A stretch of 64,000 nucleotides of DNA from Candidatus Staskawiczbacteria bacterium RIFCSPHIGHO2_02_FULL_42_22. Its GTDB lineage: Bacteria; Patescibacteriota; Minisyncoccia; Minisyncoccales; Staskawiczbacteraceae. Shown here piece after piece: positions 17,297 through 27,994 of the stretch. Both the position numbers and the translations under genes were made by a program. Within the stretch, counting starts at the first letter, position 1. Each line of letters begins with the position of its first letter. The notes beneath the pieces are model-generated. The model searched no databases. It was not told where the DNA came from and saw nothing but the letters and a program-made list of their open reading frames with translations. The stretch covers positions 124-64,123 of the forward strand of contig MHOT01000012.1 in NCBI GenBank assembly GCA_001820175.1, read 5' to 3'.

Positions 17297-18655
17297 ATGG
17301 ACCACAACGAACTCTGGCAACAAGTGCTGGCACAAATGCAATTTCATATTTCCAAGGCAAATTTTGCCACGTGGTTTCAAAATACCGAAATTATTTTAAG
17401 AGAAGATGAAAAGATGGTCATTTCCGTACCCAATGCTTTTTCTAAAGAATGGCTGAAGAACAAATATTATAAACTTATTCTCAAAACTATCCATACTACA
17501 GATAATTCTATAAAAGAATTGGAGTTTGTTATTAAACCTCAGTTATTAAAAAAAATTGACCAGAAAGAGGATACTAAAAAACCAGAAATAGAAACCGGGC
17601 AATTAAAATTTGAAGAGTTTAAGGTAAACAAAGAAACTAATTTAAATCCGCGCTACACCTTTGAAAATTTTGTCGTCGGATCATTTAATGAGCTGGCGTA
17701 TTCGGCCAGCTTGGCGATTTCAGAAAATGTCGGGACTGTGTACAACCCCTTATTTATTTATGGCGGCGTCGGTTTGGGAAAAACCCATTTAATACAGGCC
17801 ATTGGAAATAAAATACATGACAGCCCCAAAAAAAAGAAGGTAAAGTATATTTCCTGTGAAAAATTTGTTTCGAGCATTGTGTCGGGAATACGAAACCATA
17901 ATATTGATATTTTTAAAGCAAGTTTGTCTTTAATTGACGTATTAATTATTGACGACATCCAGTTTTTGGCAGGAAAAGATAAAACCCAGGAAGAATTCTT
18001 CCACACTTTTAATTCTCTATACGAAAAAAATAAACAAATCATTCTTTCTTCTGATCGGCCGCCCAACGCCATTCCTGAACTAGAAGAACGCCTGCGATCG
18101 CGTTTTGAAGGCGGAATGATCACCGACATTAGTCTACCGGATTATGAAACACGGCTTGCTATTTTAAAAACAAAGCTTCAAGAAAAAAATCTAAAACTAC
18201 CCGAAGATGTATTAGAATACGTCGCTTCTAACGTAAAAAAGAATATCAGGGAATTAGAAGGGGCCCTTAATAGTTTATTAATATATTATAAAACCAACAC
18301 CTCAATTCCTAACCTTGAAACAACTAAAAGATTATTGAAAAATTTTGTATTTTCTCCCTTTAATGTGGCAAATTACAAAAAAATCATTGAAATTGTTTCT
18401 AAATTTTATAATTTAGATGAAAAAACGATTTTTAACCCGACCCGCCGCAAAGAAATTGTTAGGCCCCGGCAAATTGCCATGTTTTTATTAAGAGAAGAAT
18501 TAAAATACTCCTTCCCGGCCATTGCCCGTAAATTTGGCGGAAAAGACCACACCACCGTGATTTACGCCCATAAAAAAATACTCCAAGAATGCCAACAAAA
18601 TAATAAACTCACTGAAGAATTAAATATGATAAAACAAAAAGTATATAGTGGTTAA
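17297..18655 (+). CDS. dnaA: chromosomal replication initiator DnaA
   Basis: AAA+ Walker A GGVGLGKTHLIQAIGN, Walker B LIIDDIQFL, sensor motifs, C-terminal DNA-binding domain. Confidence 0.9.
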   Translation: MDHNELWQQVLAQMQFHISKANFATWFQNTEIILREDEKMVISVPNAFSKEWLKNKYYKLILKTIHTTDNSIKELEFVIKPQLLKKIDQKEDTKKPEIETGQLKFEEFKVNKETNLNPRYTFENFVVGSFNELAYSASLAISENVGTVYNPLFIYGGVGLGKTHLIQAIGNKIHDSPKKKKVKYISCEKFVSSIVSGIRNHNIDIFKASLSLIDVLIIDDIQFLAGKDKTQEEFFHTFNSLYEKNKQIILSSDRPPNAIPELEERLRSRFEGGMITDISLPDYETRLAILKTKLQEKNLKLPEDVLEYVASNVKKNIRELEGALNSLLIYYKTNTSIPNLETTKRLLKNFVFSPFNVANYKKIIEIVSKFYNLDEKTIFNPTRRKEIVRPRQIAMFLLREELKYSFPAIARKFGGKDHTTVIYAHKKILQECQQNNKLTEELNMIKQKVYSG

Positions 18656-18689
18656 GCAACCCCTCACGCCCCACATAACCCCTCACGCC

Positions 18690-18975
18690 CCCACCGTCAT
18701 TGCGAGGCACACTGAAGCAATCCCCGTACAAAACGACGAGATTGCCACGTCGCTTGCGAGCTCCTTGCAATGAAGACACTGGGTCACTGATCCTATTTTA
18801 CACTTTTTGATTAGGGGGTGTGAGGGGTTACCGCCTCACCACCATCACTACCGTCATTGCGAGGAATCCGCAGATTCCGTGGCAATCCCTCAATAATACG
18901 ACTAGATTGTCCCGATGGTGGAGCCATCGAGGATCCTCGATAGAATCGGGACTGCGGGCCCTCGTAATAACAGTA
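18690..18975. repeat. cluster of GC-rich palindromic elements (3 units)
   Basis: ccgtcattgcgaggcacactgaagcaatcc..., cgtcattgcgaggaatccgcagattccgtggcaatcc... and attgtcccgatggtggagccatcgaggatcctcgat...atcgggact. Confidence 0.65.
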
Positions 18976-19235
18976 CGGGGGATGATGTGGTTAAAATTAA
19001 AATAAGATAGTGGAATACCTGTGTAAAAGTACGGTAGTAAACTGAACACCATTGATGTATAAAAAATACTATAAAAATTCACCCACCTTATCACCAAATG
19101 ATTTCCAATTATTTATCAACAAGTTATTATAAAAAAAGATAAAGATAAATTACCCTATAAAATTATTAAAAATACATTAAAATTACCTTCACCAACAACA
19201 ATAATAATATTTTATTAACTATTAATTACGACATT
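18976..19235. promoter_or_regulatory. AT-rich dnaA-dnaN intergenic region with DnaA-box-like 9-mers (oriC/DUE candidate)
   Basis: TTATCACCA and TTATCAACA at ~19087-19120, followed by ~120 bp of >85% AT immediately upstream of dnaN. Confidence 0.4.
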
Positions 19236-20363
19236 ATGAAAATAGAAGTGTTGAAAGAAAATTTAAAATCAGGCCTTATTATTAGTGAAAGAATTGTGGG
19301 TAAAAACATATCCCTCCCTATTTTACATAATGTGTTAATAACCACAGAGAATAATTTTTTAAGTTTAATTTCTACTGATTTAGAAGTAACTATTAAATTA
19401 TGGATGCTGGTGAAAATTATTAACAAAGGAAGTGTGGTGGTGCCGGCAAAATTCCTTTCTAGTTTTATTACCTCTTTACCTAATGAGAAAATAACTATGG
19501 AGCAAAGGGATCAGTCCTTGTATATTGAGTGTGGAAATGTGAAGACAAAAATCCAAGGACATAACTTAGAGGATTTTCCTATTATCCCTGAGTTTAAAAA
19601 TACTGAAACACTGGAGGTTGATAGCCAGGCATTATATGGGGCAATTTCACAGGTGGTTGATATTGCTTCCCAGAACCAAGGCCGACCGGAAATTTCTGGT
19701 GTCTATTTTTCTTTTCTGAAAAATTCCATTAAAGTAGTGGCCACTGATAGTTTTCGTTTAGCAGAAAAAAATATTCACCTATCAGAGCCCATTAAAAAAG
19801 AGCATAGTTTTATTTTGCCCCAAAAGTCGGCCCGAGAAATTATGAATATTTTAGAGGGAAGGGGAGGGGCGGTGATCATATATTTTTCACCAAATCAAGT
19901 ACTTTTTGAAGTATTAATGAAAGAGGTTGGGCATCCGGAAGTCCAAGTTACTTCCCGTCTTATTGATGGGGAGTACCCTAATTACCAAGATATCATACCC
20001 AGTAAATTTAAGACCCATATTACGGTATCAAAAGACCAATTTTTAAACCAAATAAAAACCGCGTCATTATTTTCAGGTAAGGTTAATGAAGTGAGAATTT
20101 CCCTTAGTACCGAAAAACAAGACCTTGAAATATCTTCAAAGAGCCAAGATGTTGGCGAACACACCTCATTATTAAAAGCAAAAATAGAAGGGGAGGCGAT
20201 ACAGATATCTTTTAATTATAAATTTTTAATGGATGCTCTTTTGCACATGAAAAGTTCAGAGGTAATTTTAGAAATAAGCAAAGAAGATGGACCCTGTCTT
20301 CTGCGACCCCTGGGAGACGATAGTTATATTTGTGTAGTGATGCCGATTAAATCGCTTCAATAG
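19236..20363 (+). CDS. dnaN: DNA polymerase III beta sliding clamp
   Basis: 375 aa. Three-domain clamp pattern with the dnaA-dnaN gene order. Confidence 0.85.
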   Translation: MKIEVLKENLKSGLIISERIVGKNISLPILHNVLITTENNFLSLISTDLEVTIKLWMLVKIINKGSVVVPAKFLSSFITSLPNEKITMEQRDQSLYIECGNVKTKIQGHNLEDFPIIPEFKNTETLEVDSQALYGAISQVVDIASQNQGRPEISGVYFSFLKNSIKVVATDSFRLAEKNIHLSEPIKKEHSFILPQKSAREIMNILEGRGGAVIIYFSPNQVLFEVLMKEVGHPEVQVTSRLIDGEYPNYQDIIPSKFKTHITVSKDQFLNQIKTASLFSGKVNEVRISLSTEKQDLEISSKSQDVGEHTSLLKAKIEGEAIQISFNYKFLMDALLHMKSSEVILEISKEDGPCLLRPLGDDSYICVVMPIKSLQ

Positions 20364-20373
20364 TAACCGTAAT

Positions 20374-20406
20374 AAAAAATCCCAAAAGTTTCTTGGGATT
20401 TTTTAT
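20374..20406 (+). terminator. rho-independent terminator after dnaN
   Basis: aaaaaatcccaaaagtttcttgggatttttt hairpin followed by a T-run. Confidence 0.6.
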
Positions 20407-20469
20407 TGTGGTTAATTTACTTTCTATGAATTATGAAATACCCTCCACTTCGTAACCCCTCACGCTCCT

Positions 20470-20617
20470 ACATACACCCACCGTCATTGCGAGGAGCGCG
20501 CACGCGACGCGGCAATCTCCACCACCAAACGACGACGGAGATTGCCATGGCTGGCCAGACGCGAGGCGTAATTTGTCGCAACAAATTCGCCCCGTCTCCG
20601 GCCTCGCAATGACGGGA
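20470..20617. repeat. GC-rich palindromic elements (2 units)
   Basis: ccaccgtcattgcgaggagcgcgcacgcgacgcggcaatctcc...ggagattgcc...gcctcgcaatgacggg. Confidence 0.65.
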
Positions 20618-20645
20618 AAAATATTATTTCGTAATTCAAAGTAAC

Positions 20646-22889
20646 TTACCCTGAAGTATCAGTGGTGTCGCCAATCCAATTTTGGACTGCCGCCTCCCAA
20701 AATGGATACTGGGGATCGTTGTTGGGATTTGGATAAGAAGTATCAAGAGGATTATCTTTATTAATGTAATGCAAAATACTATGGGGTGGTTCTTGTTCTG
20801 GAAATTGACCCAATAAAATAGGGTTTTTACTTTGTGGCGGCTCGGGCTTGGTAAAACTCTGTTTGGGGTGCAAAGCGAGCATTTTTTGCATCACCTTGCG
20901 CCAGATAGGAGCCGCCAAACCAATACCCTGGCTGGTGGTTGAAGAATTATCATTATTTCCCACCCAAACGCCAATTGAGGCAAAGGGCGTGTACCCCATC
21001 GTCCATCCATCGTTTTGGTATTGGGTGGTGCCGGTTTTAGCTGCCACCTGGTAGTCCTTAAAATATAAAGCGTTGTTGACGCCAAATACAGGGGCTCTAG
21101 CGTTATTATCCGACAGAATATCGTTTATTTGCCGGGCCACCTCTGTATCTAAAACTTTAGTAAGTTGGGGGGTATTTTGTTGAATAATATTCCCCTTACT
21201 ATCCTCGATTTTTAAGATACTTATCGGCGGTACTCGCTTACCCTCCGTAGCAAATACGCCATAAGCCGAAGTCATATCCAAAAGAGTTACTTCACCTCCA
21301 CCCAACACTAACGATAGTCCATATGCATCAGGATCGTGCAGGGTGGTGATACCCATATCATGGGCGGTTTTTAAGCTATCAATAACCCCTGTTAGGTATA
21401 ATAATTGAACTGATGTGATATTGAGTGATTGGGCTAAAGAAGATCGCATTGAAACCTGGCCACGCCAACTGCCATCGTAATCCTGAGGGTGGTAACAGGC
21501 CAAGCTGTATTGATCTTTGGTCTGACTGCCATCGGCGCTGCAGTTTGGGTTAAATTCGGTTTTTACGTCCCATAACATGGTGTTTGGGGTATAACCCTCT
21601 TTTAACGCAGTGGCATACACAAAGGGTTTAAATGAGGATCCTGGTTGGCGTTGGCCCATAGTGGCTACGTCGTACTGGGGGTCAAATAAACACCTGCTGG
21701 CGGCCTTTTGGTCGCATCCTTCAGGATATGATTTTCCAAAATAATTCTTTGATCCAATGAGTGATAAAATTTCTCCCGTATACGGGTCAATTACCACCAA
21801 CGCAGCATTATTAGCACGGGATTTTATATTAATTTTATCCGCCTCTTTTACCACTTCCTCGGCGTAATTGTGCAGTTCCCAATCAAGGGTGGTGTAGACC
21901 TTAAGCCCCTTTTCTTTTAAAAATTCATCTCCGTAGGTCTCTTCTAGATATTGGTTAACATACATAACAAAATGGGGCGCTTTTATAGGTGTGGTGGTTT
22001 GGGAAAAATTAAGCAGTTCTTTTTTTGCGTCCTCAAGTTGCCCTTGGTTAATATAGCCAATGTCTTTCATTCGCTGTAGGATATAATCCTTTTTTTGCAA
22101 GAGCAAGTCCTTATGGGAGCCATAGGGAGAGTAGTAGCTTGGGGCGGGGATTAAAGCGGTTAATGTGGCCGCCTGGGCTAAGCTCAAATTATCTGCTGAT
22201 GTGTTAAAATATGTCTGGGCAGCCGCTTCGGCTCCATAGGCATTTTTACCAAAAGGAATTTTATTTAAATACCAGTCAAAAATTTGATCCTTAGAGTACC
22301 TTCGTTCTATTTCTATACTCAACACAATTTCCCTGATTTTTCTTTCTAGGGTTTTTTGTTGGCTTAAATATACTGATCGTATGAGTTGTTGGGTTATTGT
22401 TGAAGTCCCCTTAAATGCATTTTTGGGATTTAAAATATTTACCAGCACCGACCGTATAATTGACCTGAAATCCACTCCATAGTGATTGTAAAATCGCGCA
22501 TCTTCTGAAGCCAATACAGCATGTTTTAAGTTATTGGAAATATTATCAAAAGGGATAATTTCTCTTTTTTCTTCGCCATAAATGTCGTATAAAAGCACCT
22601 TTCCGGTTCGGTCGTATATTTTAGTTGATTGGATAAAAGGGGTTTCGGTAAATTTTTCCGGACGCGGTAAATCATAGGTGTAGTAAAAAAATAAACCCAA
22701 GATAAAAATACAAAATGCTAAAAATAAAAATGCAAGGTATTTTACGGCCAGCACTATTATGAGCCGGTTTTTTTTGGTTCTTTTTTTTATAATGCGAAAG
22801 CAAAATTTAGTAAATTTTTTAGAGGTACTAATGCAGCTTTTCAATATTTTTTTTATACCCTTTTTCGTAACATATTTTCTAATGGTCAT
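20646..22889 (-). CDS. class A penicillin-binding protein (transglycosylase + transpeptidase)
   Basis: Glycosyltransferase motif EDARFYNHYGVD, transpeptidase motif SSFKP, N-terminal TM anchor. Confidence 0.85.
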   Translation of the reverse strand: MTIRKYVTKKGIKKILKSCISTSKKFTKFCFRIIKKRTKKNRLIIVLAVKYLAFLFLAFCIFILGLFFYYTYDLPRPEKFTETPFIQSTKIYDRTGKVLLYDIYGEEKREIIPFDNISNNLKHAVLASEDARFYNHYGVDFRSIIRSVLVNILNPKNAFKGTSTITQQLIRSVYLSQQKTLERKIREIVLSIEIERRYSKDQIFDWYLNKIPFGKNAYGAEAAAQTYFNTSADNLSLAQAATLTALIPAPSYYSPYGSHKDLLLQKKDYILQRMKDIGYINQGQLEDAKKELLNFSQTTTPIKAPHFVMYVNQYLEETYGDEFLKEKGLKVYTTLDWELHNYAEEVVKEADKINIKSRANNAALVVIDPYTGEILSLIGSKNYFGKSYPEGCDQKAASRCLFDPQYDVATMGQRQPGSSFKPFVYATALKEGYTPNTMLWDVKTEFNPNCSADGSQTKDQYSLACYHPQDYDGSWRGQVSMRSSLAQSLNITSVQLLYLTGVIDSLKTAHDMGITTLHDPDAYGLSLVLGGGEVTLLDMTSAYGVFATEGKRVPPISILKIEDSKGNIIQQNTPQLTKVLDTEVARQINDILSDNNARAPVFGVNNALYFKDYQVAAKTGTTQYQNDGWTMGYTPFASIGVWVGNNDNSSTTSQGIGLAAPIWRKVMQKMLALHPKQSFTKPEPPQSKNPILLGQFPEQEPPHSILHYINKDNPLDTSYPNPNNDPQYPFWEAAVQNWIGDTTDTSG

Positions 22890-22924
22890 AATAGTTACAT
22901 TAAGACACTAATTTTTATAAAAAT

Positions 22925-23215
22925 CAAGCAATCTGTGGGTAACCTCTCACACCCCCAATGTCATTCCCGACGCGCACGATCGGGAATCCAGGGTATCTTG
23001 TTTAGACCTCTTGCAAAATAAGGATTAGCTGAAAATTCCATATTTTGGCTGAAAATTTGCAATAATTTTTCGGCGGGCCTATGGGCAAGCCGAAAAATTC
23101 TATCAAATTTTCATCTAAAAATCTGTAATTTTCGCTCTAATCCTTATTTTACAAGAGGTCTTTTGAAAATCTTCTGGATCTCGCTTCAAAAGCCCGGGAT
23201 GACAACGAGAGGCGT
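22925..23215. repeat. GC-rich element split by a nested family-C element
   Basis: gtcattcccgacgcgcacgatcgggaatccaggg | family-C copy (gacctcttgcaaaataaggatt...aatccttattttacaagaggtc) | aaaatcttctggatctcgcttcaaaagcccgggatgacaacgagaggcg. An uninterrupted version is at 38574..38665. Confidence 0.7.
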
Positions 23216-23237
23216 AATGGGTTGCATTTGTGAATTC

Positions 23238-23262
23238 AAAAACCCCGGTTACCGGGGTTTTT
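23238..23262. terminator. bidirectional hairpin terminator
   Basis: aaaaaccccggttaccggggttttt. Confidence 0.55.
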
Positions 23263-23282
23263 AAGTACTAACAAATACCGTA

Positions 23283-23474
23283 CTACTCTTCTTCGTCAAC
23301 CACACTATCTTCTTGGTCATCATTAAGTTCTTCATCTACTTTGTCTTTATCGTCACCGTCTTTATCGTCACCGTCTTTATCGTCGCTGTTTACATCTTCT
23401 TCTTCATCTTCATCGTCAATCACATCGTCTTCATCAGCTTGACTTAAGACGTTTAATAAAAAATCATCATCCAT
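23283..23474 (-). CDS. small acidic low-complexity protein (doubtful)
   Basis: 63 aa, D/E rich, with a 15-bp tandem repeat (DKDGD)x3. Could be non-coding. Confidence 0.2.
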   Translation of the reverse strand: MDDDFLLNVLSQADEDDVIDDEDEEEDVNSDDKDGDDKDGDDKDKVDEELNDDQEDSVVDEEE

Positions 23475-23758
23475 TTTCTTAAATTATTCTAATTATTCTA
23501 ATTGCTCTAATTATTCTAAATAATTTCTAATGTCTAAATTTTTAACATTATAATTTAGGATCTGATTAGGTCAATTAGTATAATTAGGTTAATTAAACTA
23601 ATTTATTTTATCTACTTTCCCTATTATATTTTTTCATCTATCATTGTCAAGGGCCTCTATCCACAGCCCCTTAGAAATTGTCCCATAAGTCGCTTTTGAG
23701 GGCAATATTCTCTTTTTCGGCTACAAATATGGACTTATGAGACAGTTTCTTGGAATAG

Positions 23759-24271
23759 TCACGCCGTTAAAAATGCGCATAGCGCTACCCCTAAGGCATC
23801 GGAAGCATCGTCTTTTTTTCTGTCTTTTTCCTCAATATCAAAACTACTTAAGTCCAATAATTGGCGAGTCATTTCTTGAACCTGTTTTTTTTCTGCCCTG
23901 CCGTATCCTACCACCGTCATTTTAACCTGTAGCGGGGTAAATTCAATAACGGGGACATTTTTTTTGGCGGCAGATAACAGGATAACTCCCTTTGCTTGAC
24001 TTACCGGCATGGCGGTTTTCAGGTTTTTGAAGAAAAAAAGATTTTCAATCGAAATGACATCGGGGGTATGTTTTTTAATAAGGGCATTAACTTCTTGGTG
24101 GATAATATAAAGTCGCTTGCCGGGAGAGTGGAGGGTAGTGGTAGTGATGCATCCAAAATCGACCACTTTTGGTTTTTCATTTTTGTCTTGTTTTTGATGT
24201 TTTGGTTTTGTAGTCGAGATAATCCCATATCCTACCAAAGCCAATCCCGGATCTATTCCCAAGATAATCAT
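23759..24271 (-). CDS. ruvC: crossover junction endodeoxyribonuclease RuvC
   Basis: MIILGIDPGLALVGYGII N-terminus, catalytic acidic residues, C-terminal DDASDALGVALC. Confidence 0.85.
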   Translation of the reverse strand: MIILGIDPGLALVGYGIISTTKPKHQKQDKNEKPKVVDFGCITTTTLHSPGKRLYIIHQEVNALIKKHTPDVISIENLFFFKNLKTAMPVSQAKGVILLSAAKKNVPVIEFTPLQVKMTVVGYGRAEKKQVQEMTRQLLDLSSFDIEEKDRKKDDASDALGVALCAFLTA

Positions 24272-24395
24272 GAAAATTTGAAATTTGAAATTTTCAATTT
24301 GAAATCAATATTAAATGTCTAAATGATTAAATTTGAAAACACGGCATCGTTTTTTAATCATTTCAAATTCACTTTTTTCAAATTGATTTCAAATT

Positions 24396-25121
24396 TCAAA
24401 TTGTAAATTTCAAATTCGAGTAAATATCCTGCACCGCATCGTTTTCGTCTAGTGCCTCAAACAGTTTTTTGGCTTTTTCCCGATCTTTTTGGTCTATGGT
24501 GATTTCTTCTTTGGCAATCCACGATAAAGAGTTTGAATTCATTTTTAATCCTTTTTCTTCTAATGCTTTTTTAATAACCTCTAATTCTTCCGGTTTAGTA
24601 TAAACTAATATAGTATCTCCTTGCCAAAGCACATCGTCTGCCCCCACTTCTATGGCCAATAATTCTAATTCGTCTTTCGATTTTCCTTCCATAATCACCT
24701 CAATATATCCCTTTCTTTCAAACATCCAACGCACCGCTCCCTCTCCTGCCATTTTACCGCCATATTGACTTAAAATTCCTTTAATATCACCCAGGGTACG
24801 GTTTTTATTATCTGTAATTCCCTCCACAATCAAAGAAATTCCACCGGGGCCAAATCCCTCAAATGACACTTCTTCTAAGGCCTCACCTGCTAATTCCCCA
24901 GTACCTTTTTTAATCGCCCGTTCAATATTTTCTTTGGGCATATTAAATTCCCTGGCCTTTTCTATAGCGGCTTTTAACTGGATGTTGCTACTTATATCAG
25001 GCCCTTTTTCTTTTGCAGCAATGGTAATAACTCTTCCTATTTTGGAAAAGATTTTACCCCTTTTGGCATCGTTGGCGTTTTTAGTAGCCGCGACGGTTTT
25101 GAAATGAGAATGACCTGACAT
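24396..25121 (-). CDS. yebC: YebC/PmpR family DNA-binding regulator
   Basis: MSGHSHFKTVAATKNANDAKRGKIFSK signature. Confidence 0.85.
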   Translation of the reverse strand: MSGHSHFKTVAATKNANDAKRGKIFSKIGRVITIAAKEKGPDISSNIQLKAAIEKAREFNMPKENIERAIKKGTGELAGEALEEVSFEGFGPGGISLIVEGITDNKNRTLGDIKGILSQYGGKMAGEGAVRWMFERKGYIEVIMEGKSKDELELLAIEVGADDVLWQGDTILVYTKPEELEVIKKALEEKGLKMNSNSLSWIAKEEITIDQKDREKAKKLFEALDENDAVQDIYSNLKFTI

Positions 25122-26275
25122 TACTTTTTTAACATTTTAAACTTTAATAACAATATAGTGGTTGCGCAAACTAAGGTGATTGCCAAAGCGATGATAAATA
25201 GCCACATGGGATGCGAGGTGGCGTTTTTAGATTTACTTAGCGCTGATCCATATGTATCAGTTTTTTTTATTTTTGACAAGGCGGCAGTTTGATTATTAAG
25301 GTCATAGGCCTCTCCGTCGGGCATTGAAATGTTATTGGTTTTACCCGGGGTCGGGGTAGCGCTCCATTGCCAGTCCAAGGGAGTTTTGTTATATGACTGA
25401 TCGGTAACTGTTTTAGTGTATTCCATAGTGTCTACAACAGTTCCACTGGGCGAAAGGAGACGGAGCCCATCCACATCGTTGTTAAGGGTAATTTTTGTAA
25501 CAGGTCTTTTAAGGACTACATATCCATGGGCTGCCATAAAGGTATTTTTCGGAATAGTGTAAGTAGTAGAGGCGCCGCCGGTATCTTGTAATTTCCAGCC
25601 GGAAATAGCAACTGAAACATCATTGGTATTGTAAAGCTCAATCCACTCATCCGTTTGATCGGCGGTCTTGGGATTTGGCAATACCTCATTGATAATAATG
25701 CCGGAAATTACTTTTGGGGTTGGGGCGGTGACAGCCACCGCTACGCCAAAACTATTTTGTTTCCCCGGAGTTCCGCCGGCTTTTTGACTGGTATACCAGG
25801 TTCCGTTGATTTTTTCCATGGTTTGGTGTGTCGCGGCGTTACCGGCCGGCCATGTTGAGGAAAAATTCACTTGATCAATTGAGTTGTTTTCAGAATCGTA
25901 GAGTTGTAAATGCCCTCCAGTATTGTTTAGTACCCCTTTATATATTGCGCCGGCTTCAATTTCTGGTACGGAATTATTATCGGTTCGTTCCAGTAAATAA
26001 AGCCCTTGGGGGCCAATGATTCCCGCCAGGCCGATGTTTATATTTCCATCAACTGATTGCAGTGTCCACCCGGAAAGATTAATGCTTTCATTGGTGGTAT
26101 TTTTTAACTCTATCCATTCATCACTGGCGGAAGCCGCCGACCCCATCCAGGCGATTTCATTAATAACTACATTGCTTTGATTATCCATTGCCCCGTAAAC
26201 TTCAATGGCAAAATGGGTAGCTATTAACATTAAAGAAATGGTGAAAACTTTTTTCATTGCCACTATTATACCCAT
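25121..26275 (-). CDS. secreted protein with two lamin-tail-domain (LTD) repeats and C-terminal TM anchor
   Basis: VVINEIAWMGS...SDEWIELKN and IIINEVLPNPKTADQTDEWIELYN repeats; C-terminal hydrophobic helix. Confidence 0.4.
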   Translation of the reverse strand: MGIIVAMKKVFTISLMLIATHFAIEVYGAMDNQSNVVINEIAWMGSAASASDEWIELKNTTNESINLSGWTLQSVDGNINIGLAGIIGPQGLYLLERTDNNSVPEIEAGAIYKGVLNNTGGHLQLYDSENNSIDQVNFSSTWPAGNAATHQTMEKINGTWYTSQKAGGTPGKQNSFGVAVAVTAPTPKVISGIIINEVLPNPKTADQTDEWIELYNTNDVSVAISGWKLQDTGGASTTYTIPKNTFMAAHGYVVLKRPVTKITLNNDVDGLRLLSPSGTVVDTMEYTKTVTDQSYNKTPLDWQWSATPTPGKTNNISMPDGEAYDLNNQTAALSKIKKTDTYGSALSKSKNATSHPMWLFIIALAITLVCATTILLLKFKMLKK

Positions 26276-26321
26276 TTAAAGAACCAAAATCTACATTTTG
26301 ATTTTTTAAAATAATTATGGT

Positions 26322-26807
26322 ATGCTTTTTTTAGTACAAAAACCCAAGGAGGCAATCGTGAAAAAGTTCATTTTAGTCGTGCGTGGACAATTGTATTCCG
26401 ACGGACAGTTTGATGAATTTGTTTTTTGGAAAATCAAATCAGTCATCGAAAAATTAAGGTTTGCTATTAACGATGGTTCGGTATTGGTTCTTACCTCATT
26501 TGCCCCGGATGATTTACAAAGCGCTGGAATCATAGCAAATTATTTGTGTGCCAAATTTCAGGGATGCGAAATTCCAAATTCCTCACACGACGATGTAGGG
26601 CGCAAAAAATTTATCGAACTGGTCGATTCTTACAGCTCTGCGGCCGATGTTATCATTGTGGTCATGTCGCCCGAAAAAATCGAGGATTTCTTGCCAGAAT
26701 TTCTTCTGCAAAGATTCGATGGTATGTGGATGCGGCCGCATGCGCTTCAGGTTGATGAAGCGTATATTGTTCACTTTGATACAAAAAGAGTGGAACATGT
26801 TCGCTGA
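26322..26807 (+). CDS. hypothetical protein
   Basis: 161-aa ORF, no confident motif. Confidence 0.3.
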   Translation: MLFLVQKPKEAIVKKFILVVRGQLYSDGQFDEFVFWKIKSVIEKLRFAINDGSVLVLTSFAPDDLQSAGIIANYLCAKFQGCEIPNSSHDDVGRKKFIELVDSYSSAADVIIVVMSPEKIEDFLPEFLLQRFDGMWMRPHALQVDEAYIVHFDTKRVEHVR

Positions 26808-26855
26808 ACCATCGCCAACCCCGCCACTTGCTAAGGCAGTAACGGGGGTCTTTTT

Positions 26856-27869
26856 TTATACGAGAGGTTGAACGGTTTTCTTAGGTTTTAACCCTAAATG
26901 TTCGTAAGCTAGTTTTGAGGCCATTCGGCCCTTAGGAGTTCGCTCAAGAAATCCGCATTGCATTAAATATGGCTCATACATATCTAAAATAGTATCCTCT
27001 TCTTCAAGGGCCGCCGCTGCCAATGATTGTAACCCCACAGGCCCGCCATCAAATTTTTCAATGAGGGCCAGTAAAATTTTTATATCTCCGGGTTCCAGAC
27101 CCATGTGGTCAACTTCCAGGGAATTTAAAGCGTGTTCGGTAATTTCTTTAGTCACAATACCCTCATTTTTTACCTGCGCAAAATCCCGCACCCGTTTCAA
27201 TAAGCGGTTGGCAACCCGGGGAGTAAAACGAGACCGGCGCGCAATAATTTCAATGGCTTCGGGGTGGATATCAACTTTCAAAAGCCGTGCGGACCTGGCA
27301 ATAATTTTTTCAATATCTTCGGGTTTGTAAAAATTCAACTGGAAGGTGCCGCCAAATCTGTTTCTTAACGGGGCTGACAGTAATCCAGGACGGGTGGTAG
27401 CCCCAATAATGGTAAAGTGGGGCAGTTTTAATTCCATAGTGCGGGCCATGGGGCCTTTGCCTAAAATTAAATTTAGCTTATAATCTTCCATGGCCGGATA
27501 AATGTATTCTTCAATGGTTTTATGCATCCTATGGATTTCGTCCAAAAAAAGCACATCACCTTCTTGTAAATTAGTCAAAATGGCCGCCAAGTCACCCGCC
27601 CGTTCAATGGCCGGCCCCGATGTAATCCGTATTTTTTTACCCATTTCCAATGCTACCAGTTGCGCCAGGGTGGTTTTTCCCAATCCGGAATTTCCATACA
27701 ACAATAAATGGTCGGGGGATTGACCTCGTTGCTTGGCTGCGGTTATAATCACCTGTATGTTTTCCTTGATGTTCTCCTGGCCTACGTAATCGTCCCAGGT
27801 TTTGGGGCGCAGGGAGGAGTCCAATACTTCATCCTCCGGATTAGGTTTTTTGTCGAGAATGCTTGACAT
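26856..27869 (-). CDS. ruvB: Holliday junction branch migration ATPase RuvB
   Basis: Walker [17 protein letters not shown], Walker [11 protein letters not shown], sensor/arginine finger, winged-helix C-terminus. Confidence 0.9.
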   Translation of the reverse strand: MSSILDKKPNPEDEVLDSSLRPKTWDDYVGQENIKENIQVIITAAKQRGQSPDHLLLYGNSGLGKTTLAQLVALEMGKKIRITSGPAIERAGDLAAILTNLQEGDVLFLDEIHRMHKTIEEYIYPAMEDYKLNLILGKGPMARTMELKLPHFTIIGATTRPGLLSAPLRNRFGGTFQLNFYKPEDIEKIIARSARLLKVDIHPEAIEIIARRSRFTPRVANRLLKRVRDFAQVKNEGIVTKEITEHALNSLEVDHMGLEPGDIKILLALIEKFDGGPVGLQSLAAAALEEEDTILDMYEPYLMQCGFLERTPKGRMASKLAYEHLGLKPKKTVQPLV

Positions 27870-27994
27870 ATATATTGCAAGGTGATATAATTAAGATATT
27901 GTGTGATTTTCATCAAATTGCGCACCTTAATCGTACTATAAACTACCAACATATCAAAGAGACGAAAAATAATCCCTTGCACTTTACCACCATC

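Noticed and set aside
23283-23474. Acidic 63-aa ORF as a real gene
   Set aside because: Kept only as a low-confidence feature. It is low-complexity, built on a 15-bp tandem repeat and has no homology signal. It may be non-coding.
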